The translations under genes were made by a program, and so were the position numbers. Positions 52,595-64,000 of a stretch of DNA of 64,000 nt are shown here, piece by piece. Source of the stretch: Piromyces finnis finn (lineage: Eukaryota; Fungi; Neocallimastigomycota); assembly GCA_002104945.1 (NCBI GenBank), contig MCFH01000028.1:1-64000 (forward strand), written 5' to 3'. Positions within the stretch are counted from its first letter, which is position 1. Each line of letters begins with the position of its first letter. The notes beneath the pieces were generated by a model. The model was not told the DNA's origin, ran no database searches, and was given only the letters and a program-made list of their open reading frames with translations.

Positions 52595-54766
52595 GATTTT
52601 TCTTTTTTTTCTTTCTCTTCTTTAATTAAATTTATATATATATATATTTTTTTTTTTTTTTGAAGACTATTTTGAAAAATGATTAATTATTAACTTCCAT
52701 TAATATTGCAAAATATTAATTTATATTGTTATAAATAAATTTGACCATACATGTTAATATATATATATATATTTTTAAATTATATTTATATAATTTTAGT
52801 TATTTTTATACAAAAAATAGCTATAGTGGTAGGTATAATAGAATGACAAATTTATAAATTATTTGAAACAAAGTACTTGATATAATAGTTCTTTTTTATT
52901 ATCTTTATTTTTCAACTTTTTTTTTTTTCTCTTTTCCTCTTTCTTTTTTCTTTTCTCTTTTCCTGGAGTAAAAAGGATAAATTAATTTATTGGTATTTAA
53001 AGTTCGAGGATTTCAAAATAATGAATTTCGAGAATTTTAAACTTTAATTATTATTATATATTAATATATGGTTTAATAAAATGTTTTCTTTTATTAAAAA
53101 AAAAAAAAAAAAAACAAGTTGAATTTTAATTTCTATAAATGAATTTCTTTATCTTCGATAAAAGTAAAAATTATTCTTTTATTTGTAGTAAAGAAACTTT
53201 TTTTTTTTATCTTATTGTTGTTGATAGTAAATTTTATTTTTTTTAAAATTAATTTTTGTATTTTTATTTAATTGTTCAAATAAACATTATGATATTGTTA
53301 AAAAGTGTTAATGATTTTTAATATTTCTATTATATAATTTGATTTCCCTTTATAATTATTATTATTTTATTTCTTCTTTTATTTCTTCTTCTTCTTTTTT
53401 TACTTAAAATTTTATTATGATTTTTAAAATGGAATTCCTTTTTTTTTGTACTATAATTATTTAAATTATAATTACTTATACTAATATTATTATTATATTA
53501 TTATTGGTAAATATTTATCTTATGAAGAAATTTAATAAACAATTTTTTTATTATTAAAAATGAATGGAAAATACAATTTAATTCTAATATATTGATAATA
53601 AACTTTTAATATGTTACAGCCATAATAAATTTTATATGTCCTATAAAAAAAAAAAAAAAAACACTTGAAGCTTTTTGGAATAATTATAATAAAATGCTTA
53701 TTTTACTTTGATAATATTATTTAAAATTCATTATATTTTTAAAAAGAATATTGAATTTTATGAGCTACAAAAATACTTTATTTAATAAAGGAATAGTGTA
53801 ATTTATTTCATTTTAATCCTCCCTTTTTAGAGTTTAATTTTTTTATTATATGAAATAAAGTTTGGTGTAAAAAATTTTAAAATTCATCTTAATAAAAAGA
53901 AAAGTATTTATAAGCATAACTAAAAATAGTTCAAGAAGATAATAATCATTTATTATTTTATTTATAATATTTGATAATACACATACTTTTAAAATTTTAG
54001 TATTATTAACACATTTTGAAAATATAATTTTTTAAAAAAAAATATTTATATATTATTTTTCTTTTTTAAAATAAAACCATTAATATATATATATAAAAAA
54101 AATAGTTTCATGGGAAAATAATTTAAATTATAGAATGGAGACAAAAGAAAAAATTGTATTTTTTTTTTATTTTCTTATTGAAAAACAAGCAATGATAATT
54201 TTATTATTTTATAAAAATATTAATTTACTTTATTTCATTGCAAAAACTTTATATTTTGTTAGTTTGAATAAAAGCAAAACAATTAAAACTCTTCAATTTT
54301 ATATAGATAATGATATATCACTATTATATCCTTTTAATAATAATTTTTAATTCATTGCTCATTTAAACTAATAATGCTACTTTCTAACATTATGGGTTTT
54401 TTTTTTTTTTTTTTTTTTTTTAATAAATATTTAAAGATGTTGTATCAATTAAAAAGACTTAAAAAATATTTTATTAAAAAACTTTTTTTTTTTTAATTTA
54501 TCCATTAATTATTATAATTTATTAATAAATAAAAAGTCAAATATAATGTTATATTATAATGGTTATGATTATGATTATTTATTAATTATTGATTTAATTC
54601 TTGTTGTTATAAAAAAATAGGTTATGGTTATTATTATGGCTATTATTTGATGATTTAATTAGCATATTAAAAAAAAATACTTATTATTATTATAAGATTA
54701 AAAATGTTATTAATGTAATTTTGAAAAGAAGAAGAAAAAAAAAATGGGGTTTTATTTTTTATTATA

Positions 54767-56679
54767 TCAATTTTCATTTTCATTTAAAAGATTTTCTTGA
54801 GATAATATAAATTTAACACTGTCTAATACATTATTTACAACAGTTTTTGCAGGATAGTTTTTATCATTTTCACCAGTTTTAAATACACCAGTTCTAACTA
54901 AAATAGAATGCCAACCATAATTATTTGCCCTAATGTACACATATATATTAAGATATATAATATTACATGTTAGTTTATGATATCAATCTATATTTGGTGA
55001 TATTATTAAGGAAATTTTTCCTTTTTTTATTTTTTAATATTAAATGTATAATTAACTTATTCTAATACTAAAATAATGTTTTATTTATTAATAAAAATTA
55101 CCCTAAAACATCAACGGATGGATTATCACCAACTGCATATATATTAGAAATTTCTTCATTCAAACAATTTTTAGAAAACTTTTCCAATAATTCTTTTGTG
55201 AAATCATATGTCTTTTTTTCTGGTTTGCCAAATTGAATAATATCAATATCTTTTTCAGTTAATTCCTTTTATATAAAAAATATGCAAAAGATAATTATTT
55301 TTTTGTTGTTAACTTTTTTTTCGATTATTTAATAAATAAACAAACCTATAAATAATATAAATAATATTATCGTTTAATAAATTCTTACTTTGAAAAGTTT
55401 TGTAAATGCCATTTTAAAAGCACCTTGTCCAAAACGAGAAAGTGGGAAATCATTGGACCATAATAGATCAGCAGCAGCAAAATAACATGGTACAGCTTGC
55501 TTTTCATATGGTATTTGTTGGGTTCCAAGTTTACCATTTTGGGAACGTAAAATATCACATGCAATTTGTATATCTTGACCCCACTGTTATTTTTAATGGA
55601 ATATAAAAAATAATGAAAATAATATTATTAATAATGATATTAAATTAATTAAATATGAATAAACATTTTTAATTTTTGTGAATTTTAATTTGTATCTATG
55701 ATAAATATCAAAATAATTTTAAATAATTACAGTGTTTGAATCATTAAACATAAGAACAGCTCCAAATTGTTCATTATCTAAATCATATGGACAATCCAAT
55801 AATTGTTGGTCTTCAAATGGCCAAATAGAGGGTCTCCAAGATATAATTTCTTTTGACAAAATTGGTTTTTTAAATCCATAAGATTTAGCTACTTCTTTAC
55901 ATGAATCTATTATTAAAAATAAATTTTAAATAGTAACTTAAATTTTAATAATACAGTTGACTTTAACTTTTTATCATTTTTTTTTTAGAAAAAAAAAATT
56001 ATTATATTATATAGATATATTATAACATCATAACATATTATATCCTATTATTTTATAATAAATGTTTGTTGAAAAAAAAAAAAAAAAAAAGAATATTACC
56101 TGGACCAATAACTAAAACTAATTTATTTTTTATTTCATCTGATATAGTTCTCATTGGTGAATGACCTAATACAACTTGTTCTTCACGAATTGGCACTTGA
56201 AAACGTTGGGAAAGTTCTTGAGCTTTCTTTTTTTCTGTTTTACCACCACCATTAGTTAAAAACATATATGGAATGTGTAAAGTATTAAGAAGTTTTAAAG
56301 TCTTAAGTGTTTCAGGTAATACATTTTTACCCTTTACTAATACACCATCAATATCAAAAATGATACCAGGTTTTTTATGTTTAGTTACATTAAGGTTAAG
56401 TTTAAGATCAACTTGAGGAGTTTGAATGTTTGCTTGTTGTTGAGGGTTAATTAAAATGTCTATATTTTTAATATCACTGTCGTTTGAATTTTCAATTTTC
56501 AAATTTGGGTTATTAACATTTAAATTTAAAGTATTAGGGGTGGCTGAAGGAATTTCCTTGTTAGATTTAGCATTATGAAATTGATTTATCAACAATTTGT
56601 TAATGCAAGATTCCAATGTTAAGGTATTAATAAGTTTAATACCATTATTTTTACAGGAATTTAATATCATAGAATTCAT
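54767..56679 (-). CDS. HDHD5: HAD-superfamily IIA hydrolase, CECR5/HDHD5-like, multi-exon
   Basis: Motif I IIFDIDGVLV, motif II LTNGGG, QVVLGHSPM, SNNDLLWAND and FGKPEKKTY. Motif IV AVGDNPSVDVLGANNYGWHSILVRTGVF spans the last intron. The N-terminal extension looks like a presequence. Confidence 0.88.
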
Positions 56680-58786
56680 TTTGAATTTTGAATTTAATAT
56701 AAAAAATAATTATTTTTAAAGGTAGGGATTTCTTTTATACAAATTGTAATAATTATTAATTATATGTATTTTTTTTTAATGTATTCCTTGTTTTTGCGTT
56801 TGAATATAAGGAAAGTGCTAAAGGTTTCAAATATACACTATTGTAATATTACAAGTTTTAAAAGGGAAAAAAAAAACTTTTTGTAATATATTTAAACGTT
56901 TAAATATTTTATTTTATATATAATTATAATTATTAATAAGTTTTAATTATAGCAATTAATAATAATAATTACAATAAATAATTTTGTATTGTTTTGAAAA
57001 TCGTACAGCTTTTAAGTATTTAATAATAATGAGTATTATATAAAGAATATTTATTTATATACTATATATAATAAATCCTAATTTAATTATTATTTTTATT
57101 ATTATTATAAAAAAAATATTTAATATTTATTTTATTTCTATCCATAATTTATTATTTTAATACTTTACCTTTTCCTATTATTATTAAATAATAAAAGCTA
57201 TTTTTTCTTTTATTATTGCTAATAAACAAATTATTATTTATTTATTTTTATTTTTTTTTTTTTCTTTCTTTTGATGATATTATTATTTTTTAATTTAAAA
57301 AAAGTATTAATTTAAAAAAAAAAAAAAAGATAAAATTTTAATATTCCGTCAGGTTTAGTTTTTTTTCCTTTTAATTGATTCCTTTTTCCTTGTTGATTAG
57401 ATAAATTGATTTTGCAATTATTTTCGTATATTAAAATATAATGTATTGTATATTATATTAAAATATATATTTAATTGGTTAATATATTAATTTATTTATT
57501 ATAAATTTATATGTGGAATCTTTTTAATCTTTAACCATGCTTATGATTTTAATTACAAAACTTTAATTATAATTATTTAACGTAATAAATAAAATGTAAT
57601 TTTTTTAATAATAAAATAAAAATAAAATAAAAATAAAATATATATATTTAAAGAATAATCAAGTCAAAAGTATTTATAATTTTAACATTTAAAGAGTGCT
57701 CTTTTTTTTTTTTTATACCAATCTATCTTTATAGTATACTCAAAAAAGATGATTATAAAAAGATATATATTAAATTAAGGGATCAATAATGAAAAATAAA
57801 ACATATATTATTTATATTCTATTCTATTATAAATTAAATAGGATTAAATATGTTACAGAAAAATTTGATTTATATAATTGTGGATAATATTTAATAAATA
57901 ATAAATAATATTTAATGAATGAATGAATAAATAAATAAATAAATAATAATAATAAAATAATAAATAATAAATAATAAATAATAAAATAATAAATAATATA
58001 TTATATAATATATAATAAATTATTTTTTCTTTTTTTTAGTTAAGAGAAAACATTTATCATATTCTTATGATGATATAAAAAGTGCTATAATTGTAAATTT
58101 ACAATAATAAAAGATTACATGTCAATAGAATGTTATAAAAAATGACTCTTTTCTTTTATAGTTATATTAAATAAATTCAATAAAAGGTAGAAAAGATACT
58201 TTAATTTTTTTTTTAAAAAAAACTAAATTTAAAAACTTAAAAATTCAAAATATAATTTTATTATTAAAATTTTTATCATTTCAAATAGTTATAGGTAAAG
58301 TTTTGTTCTTAGGTTAACATCTAAGTATTAATGAATTATTTTTACCTAATATCCTAATATACAGTTATTAAATTTCTAATAAATATTAATGGATAAAATT
58401 ATTTTAATTAAAAGTAGATAAAACATTTCTATATAGTATATTTTATAAATTTATATACTCATATTAAACTGATGAAACTGTTTTATATCTTATAATTATG
58501 CCAATATCTTTATATAATTAAAACTAATTTGTTAAAATTATACTTTATACTAATATCTTTAACAAATATATATAATATACCTTTTTCTATATTAGTTGCA
58601 GTTAATGAAATTTATATATATATATAAGTTTTTATTTTTTTTACTATTTAGCTTTGTTTTAAAATCAATTAACCATTTATTTGTATCCGGTTTTTTAAAT
58701 AATAAGATTAATATAAAACATTTATAATAATAGTGGTTATAGTATTACTGGTAATATGCATAGATTTATATGTATCATTTATAATA

Positions 58787-58835
58787 ACAGAATAATTACA
58801 CAACCCAATTGATGTATTGGGTTGTGTAATTCTGT
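58787..58835. repeat. Inverted repeat/hairpin with a 16-bp perfect stem and 6-nt loop
   Basis: aattacacaacccaat (58794-58809), loop tgatgt, attgggttgtgtaatt (58816-58831). The stem extends by acagaa/ttctgt across a 3-nt bulge. Confidence 0.85.
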
Positions 58836-59349
58836 ATAAAGAAAGTGGACATAATTCACCATTTTCATCCATATAACATTTAGATAGAACATTATTAATT
58901 AAACCTTGAAATACAATTCAATTATACCCTATTGTTCATCTTGGGTACAGATTGGATAATACTTTGATAAACCAGGATCATTATAAAATAAAGATTCAGA
59001 AGTAATAAAATATCTTAAAAAATATAATTTTTATAACGACGGTAATTTTAATTCTGATAGTATTAAATTATTGATTTATTTTATAATTAAAGATAATACT
59101 AAACGTATACCTTATAGAAATGAAATGTTGGAAAGAGTATTGAAAGAATTATTTGAAAACTAAAAGTATGATAAATATTATGAAAGTAATAATTATTTTA
59201 AATTTAATAATAATAATTTTAAAGTTACTATTATATTATAAAAAATAAAGTTTCCTTTTCAAAAATAGAATTTAATAGTTTATTACGTGAGGAAAAAGAA
59301 AGTAAATGTAATTCTATAGTTAATTTTAATATATTAGAAAACCCTGAAT

Positions 59350-59829
59350 TTCTAGATATGAACAAGTATTCTTATCTTGACGAATTTAATCCTTTGTTTA
59401 TAACTTGTTTTAATACCTCTGATATATTAATGAAAACTATGGAGCATATACAGGAATAAAAGATAATAATAATAACACGGTATTACATTATGGAGCTCAA
59501 CTTGGTAATAATATGTCTTTAATATTACCTTTAATAAAAATGAATATAATATTGATGTAATAAATAATAAGGGAGAAACTCTATTACATTGGGCTTGTAA
59601 AAGCTATAATCGTGAGAGTGGTAAGACAATGATAGAATTACTAAAACTTGGTGTTGAAGCGGATAAACGAGATAATGAAGGTAATACACCATTAATAAGA
59701 TTATGTCATCAGGTTATTTTTGAACATGAAGTATTAGTTTTACTTGAATATGGAGCAGATGTAAATAAAATCAATAATAAAGGTGAAACACCGTTAATAG
59801 CAGCATGTATAGGAAAGCACATTATTTAA
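59350..59829 (+). pseudogene. Frameshifted ankyrin-repeat gene remnant
   Basis: Consecutive ankyrin repeats sit in different frames: NPLFITC, (ENYGA), KDNNNNTVLHYGAQLG, NIDVINNKGETLLHWAC, DKRDNEGNTPLIRLC, YGADVNKINNKGETPLIAAC. There are at least two frameshifts and stops, with no splice sites that rescue them. Confidence 0.75.
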
Positions 59830-61238
59830 AGGTTAATATTTCAAGTAATAATGAAGATGAAACTAAACGTTCTACTGTTGTTGTTAATTAGTGAAAGAGA
59901 AATTATATATATTTATTTATATTTGTATTATTAATATGTTTTAATCCCATCCATGATGATGGTAGTAAATAACCATCATTTGACAAATTATAAATTTATT
60001 TTATTTTTTTTATAATAATCTTAATTTCTATTTTTTTTTTCCTTATTTATTAAAAAAATTTAAAAATTTTTAAATTTTAGATATATTTGAAATTTATTAT
60101 AAAATAATGTTTTAATTTATTATATTAAACATCTATAAATATTTATAATATATTGTAATATATTTTAGTTTGAAAAAAAATACTAAAAATCAAAATATAT
60201 TAATATACTTCACCAATAAATTTATTTATATTATTTCAATTTATTTAATATATTAATTTACTTTTATCAAAAAAAAAAAAAAAAAAAATAAATAAATAAA
60301 TAATATTATAAAATTTATAATTTCAACAATAATATAATAATAGTGAACTAGTAATAAATTATTGGTGATATAGTTAATATTTCATCTTTAATCATTTTTA
60401 ATTCATAAAAATCATATCGTATTTGAATTAAAGATGACAATTAAATCTATTTAATGCAATAATTACTAGTGAAATTAGAATAGAAATATATAAAGATTAT
60501 TTATAAGGAATGAAATATACATGAAAATTAATCTAAAGATCTAAATATTATATCCATTATATATTATATCCATTGCAGAAAGGCATAAAGGAAACTAGAT
60601 TATTAAATAATAATAAAAATAGCAACTAAAATAATTTTCACTATACCAATCTAAGAAAATTTAATATTAAATTCAATAAATTTTGATTAAATATATATAA
60701 ACGTCAATTTTTATTATATATTTATATAAAATCTTTTTATTAATAAGTCATCAAGCAATATTTTTTACACATTAAATTTATATATAAATAATTCAAAAGA
60801 CACAAGTAAATTTAAAAAGAGGTATGTTAACATTTAAATATTTTATTCCCAATGAAATATTAAAATTTTCAATAAAATATTAAAACGAAAAATATCAATT
60901 AATAATAATAATAAGCCTATAAATATTAAATTTAACATAAAATAAAGAATAGATTAATTCATAATATAGTGATTTTAGCAATAATTTGTTAATAATAATT
61001 AAACCATATATTTTTCAGCAAATAAATAAATATTACAAGCTTTAGTTATTCAAAAAATAATTTTTTAAAATGATAAAATTATAAAATTTTTATATGGAAA
61101 CATTTATAAAAGAAGTAGTGTTTATTTTTTTTTTATTTTATCCATTTACTTATTTGCTTTTCTAATATAAAAAATGGTACTATTTTAAAATGGTTATTAA
61201 TTTTAAATTTCTTGTTTAAATTTAAACATAAATAGATA

Positions 61239-64000
61239 ATGTCATCAGGAAGAACTGATCAATTTTTAACAGAATTAACACAATATAAAAAGAAATTAGA
61301 AAATTTTGAACCAGTAGAACCACTTGAATATCATGTTGCCAGTTTAACACCATTTGAAAGAAAGTATATACCTTCAGCATGTGAAAAATTAGGGGGAATA
61401 AAATGTGAAAAATTTGGAAAAGGCTCAGAAAAAATATTCAAAATCGTAAAAGTTGGTGATAGTTTGTCACATGCAGAAATTAATAAAATAAATCAAAAAA
61501 AGAGAAAACAACAAGCTGAAATGCCATCTTTAAAGTTACCAGAACAAGTAGCTTACACTTTAATGGAATTATCACAACATTTTCAAATGTTTAGAGATCA
61601 AGAAAAAAATTATAATTATTATAATAATCATGGTTTAATGGATGGATATGCAGTTAATTATGTTTCAGAGTATAATTTTCAAAACCAAAACTATCTAACA
61701 GAAGATACATCATATTATAATATTGAAGATACAGACATATCGGAAAATGCATTCACTGAAACAAGAAAAAAACTTCCTGTATATAATATGAGAAAAGTTA
61801 TTCTTGAAACTGTAAGAAACAATCAAGTGACAGTTATATCGGGTAATACAGGTTGTGGTAAGTCTACCCAAATTCCTCAATATATTTTGGAAGAATTAAC
61901 AAGACAGGGTAAACCAGGTACAATTTTAGTTACCCAACCAAGAAGAATTTCAGCAATTACTTTGGCTGACAGAGTATCACAAGAAAGATGTGAATTTACA
62001 GGTGAATCTGTAGGTTATCAAATTCATTTAGATTCAAAGAAAGGTCCAAGAACTCGTTTACTTTATATTACAGTTGGTATATTATTAAGAATGTTATTAG
62101 ATGATGAAAATATGGCAGGTTCAACTGGTGTAAAATTGAAAGGTGTTACCCATGTTATTGTAGATGAAGTTCATGAAAGAAATTTACTTACCGATTTTTC
62201 ATTAATTGTATTAAGAGATTTATTAAAAAGTAAACGTGCTGATTTAAAATTAATTGTCATGAGTGCTACATTAAATGCTCAACTTTTTTCTGATTACTTT
62301 AGCACTAATACCGTGAAAACACCGATTTTGGAAATTCCTGGTTTTACTTTCCCAGTTCAAGAACTTTATTTAGAAGATCTTCTTGAAAAAACTGGTTATT
62401 TAATTCCAGAAGATCAACATAGTGAAAATAGATTAATACGTCAAGGTCAAAGTATAAGATACAATATAACAAGAAAACCACCAGCTACAAAATCTTCTGA
62501 TCCAAAATTTTATGATTTTTGGAAAACTAATTATCCAAATTATTCAGAAGATACTGCCAGATCTATTTCATATTTGAGAACAGATAACTCTATTATACAA
62601 AAAATGTTAGAATGGGAATTAGAATTAATTGCAGAAACATTAAAATATATTTTTGAAGAACAAATATTTACACATAAAGTTCCAGACGATGTTGCAATAT
62701 TAGTATTTTTACCTGGTTGGGATGATATTAACCGTTTACAATATATATTAAGTCAGTATCCAATATTTATGGATCCAAATAGATGTATAGTATTACCACT
62801 TCATTCATCTGTATCTCCAGAGGCTCAAAAGAAAGTGTTTGAAAGACCAATGAAAGGTCAAACAAAGATTGTATTAGCTACTAATATTGCTGAAACTAGT
62901 GTTACCATTGATGATGTTGTATTTGTTATTGATTGTGGTAAGCACAAAGAAAAAATATATGATCCAGTTACCAATCTTTCCAATTTAGAAGTGACATGGA
63001 TTTCTAAAGCTAACTCTAGACAACGTATGGGTAGAGCTGGTCGTGTACGTAATGGTTATTGCTATAAACTCTATACCCGTAAGCGTTATCAATCAATGGC
63101 AGATTATCAAATGGCCGAAATTTTACGTACTCCGTTAGAAGAAGTATGTTTACAAGTTAAAGTGTTAAATTTAGGTATGGCATCTGACTTTTTATCACAA
63201 GCTATCGAAGCTCCACAAGAACTTACAATTCAACAAGCCTTACAACTTTTAGAGATTGTTGGAGCTATTGATAATCAGGAAAACTTAACAACATTAGGTC
63301 GTGCATTAGCTTTGATTCCATTGAACCCAAGAATTGGTAAAATGTTAATCTACGGTTCATTATACCACTGCCTTGATCCAGTACTTACAATAGCCTCTGG
63401 AATTTCTTACAGAGATCCATTTATTTTAACCAATCAAGTTGATCGTGATAAGGCCCGTCGTGTCAAACTTGATTTTGCCATGAACTCCAAAAGTGATCAT
63501 ATCGCAATATTGAATGCATATGATCAATGGGATCAATCTGAAAATAAAATGCAATTTTGTCAAGATCATTTCTTAAATTCTTCTACTATGGAAACTATGA
63601 AAGAAATGAAAGATCATTTAAAAAAGCTTATACTTAGTCTTTTTGGACTCATTACCTATGATGAACAAATCAACGATCCAGTAATTATTGAAAAAATTGC
63701 TAAATTAAATGAAAATTCTTCCAATATGGAATTAATTAAGAGTATTGTACTTAGTGGTGTCTATCCAAATGTAGCAAAGGTTCATTTACACATTAAAAAT
63801 TCAACTTCTCAAAAGAAAAAAGCAAATAGTGAAGGAAAATTAAAATATTTATTGGCAAAATCTGGTCAAAAAGTATCTATTCATCCTGTAAGTGTTTGTT
63901 TTGGTATGAAATTAGAAGAATTTTGTGATAGAAGTATTGATATTAATGGTAATGCTATTACACATGCTAAAGGAACAGACGAAGGTGGCTATTGGTTAGC
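61239..64000 (+). CDS. DEAH-box RNA helicase, DHX36/DHX57/YTHDC2-like, truncated at the window edge (absent from the ORF track)
   Basis: Open frame from ATG 61239 to the end of the window: ISGNTGCGKSTQIPQ, TQPRRISA, DEVH, MSAT, LVFLPGW, LATNIAETSVTIDDV, QRMGRAGR, the HA2 region (LGRALALIPLNPRIGKML) and the start of an OB-fold. Confidence 0.93.
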   Translation, partial: MSSGRTDQFLTELTQYKKKLENFEPVEPLEYHVASLTPFERKYIPSACEKLGGIKCEKFGKGSEKIFKIVKVGDSLSHAEINKINQKKRKQQAEMPSLKLPEQVAYTLMELSQHFQMFRDQEKNYNYYNNHGLMDGYAVNYVSEYNFQNQNYLTEDTSYYNIEDTDISENAFTETRKKLPVYNMRKVILETVRNNQVTVISGNTGCGKSTQIPQYILEELTRQGKPGTILVTQPRRISAITLADRVSQERCEFTGESVGYQIHLDSKKGPRTRLLYITVGILLRMLLDDENMAGSTGVKLKGVTHVIVDEVHERNLLTDFSLIVLRDLLKSKRADLKLIVMSATLNAQLFSDYFSTNTVKTPILEIPGFTFPVQELYLEDLLEKTGYLIPEDQHSENRLIRQGQSIRYNITRKPPATKSSDPKFYDFWKTNYPNYSEDTARSISYLRTDNSIIQKMLEWELELIAETLKYIFEEQIFTHKVPDDVAILVFLPGWDDINRLQYILSQYPIFMDPNRCIVLPLHSSVSPEAQKKVFERPMKGQTKIVLATNIAETSVTIDDVVFVIDCGKHKEKIYDPVTNLSNLEVTWISKANSRQRMGRAGRVRNGYCYKLYTRKRYQSMADYQMAEILRTPLEEVCLQVKVLNLGMASDFLSQAIEAPQELTIQQALQLLEIVGAIDNQENLTTLGRALALIPLNPRIGKMLIYGSLYHCLDPVLTIASGISYRDPFILTNQVDRDKARRVKLDFAMNSKSDHIAILNAYDQWDQSENKMQFCQDHFLNSSTMETMKEMKDHLKKLILSLFGLITYDEQINDPVIIEKIAKLNENSSNMELIKSIVLSGVYPNVAKVHLHIKNSTSQKKKANSEGKLKYLLAKSGQKVSIHPVSVCFGMKLEEFCDRSIDINGNAITHAKGTDEGGYWL

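Noticed and set aside
59350-64000. Ankyrin remnant next to the helicase as a split YTHDC2-like gene
   Set aside because: YTHDC2 ankyrins lie inside the helicase core. Here the remnant is 1.4 kb upstream, frameshifted and separated by non-coding DNA.

Overview
This is a eukaryotic, extremely AT-rich, intron-containing genomic window. It most resembles an anaerobic gut fungus (Neocallimastigomycota); this is inferred from composition, low gene density, multi-exon genes and fungal-type proteins, and is not proven. I built about 13 protein-coding gene models by hand from GT..AG junctions. In order: MDJ1-like DnaJ (-), LAMTOR1/Ego1-like (-), HAP2/NF-YA (+), an intronless bacterial-type DUF4291 gene (+), a ~1130-aa protein ending in a split POLD4/Cdm1-like domain (+), three near-identical intronless CAMK-group kinases (+), an unknown Q-rich protein (+), an AP180/CALM-type ANTH adaptor (-), a ~1790-aa receptor hybrid histidine kinase (-), an HDHD5/CECR5-like HAD hydrolase (-) and a DEAH helicase that runs off the right edge (+). 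There is also a frameshifted ankyrin pseudogene and many microsatellites. I saw no rRNA, tRNA, CRISPR array or intact transposase. The most striking item is the histidine kinase. It has a BMP/PnrA-like ectodomain, an EGF-like module, one TM helix, and a pseudokinase plus signalling helix like those of receptor guanylyl cyclases, but these feed a HisKA-HATPase-REC output instead of a cyclase. All family assignments come from motif recognition by eye; no searches were run.
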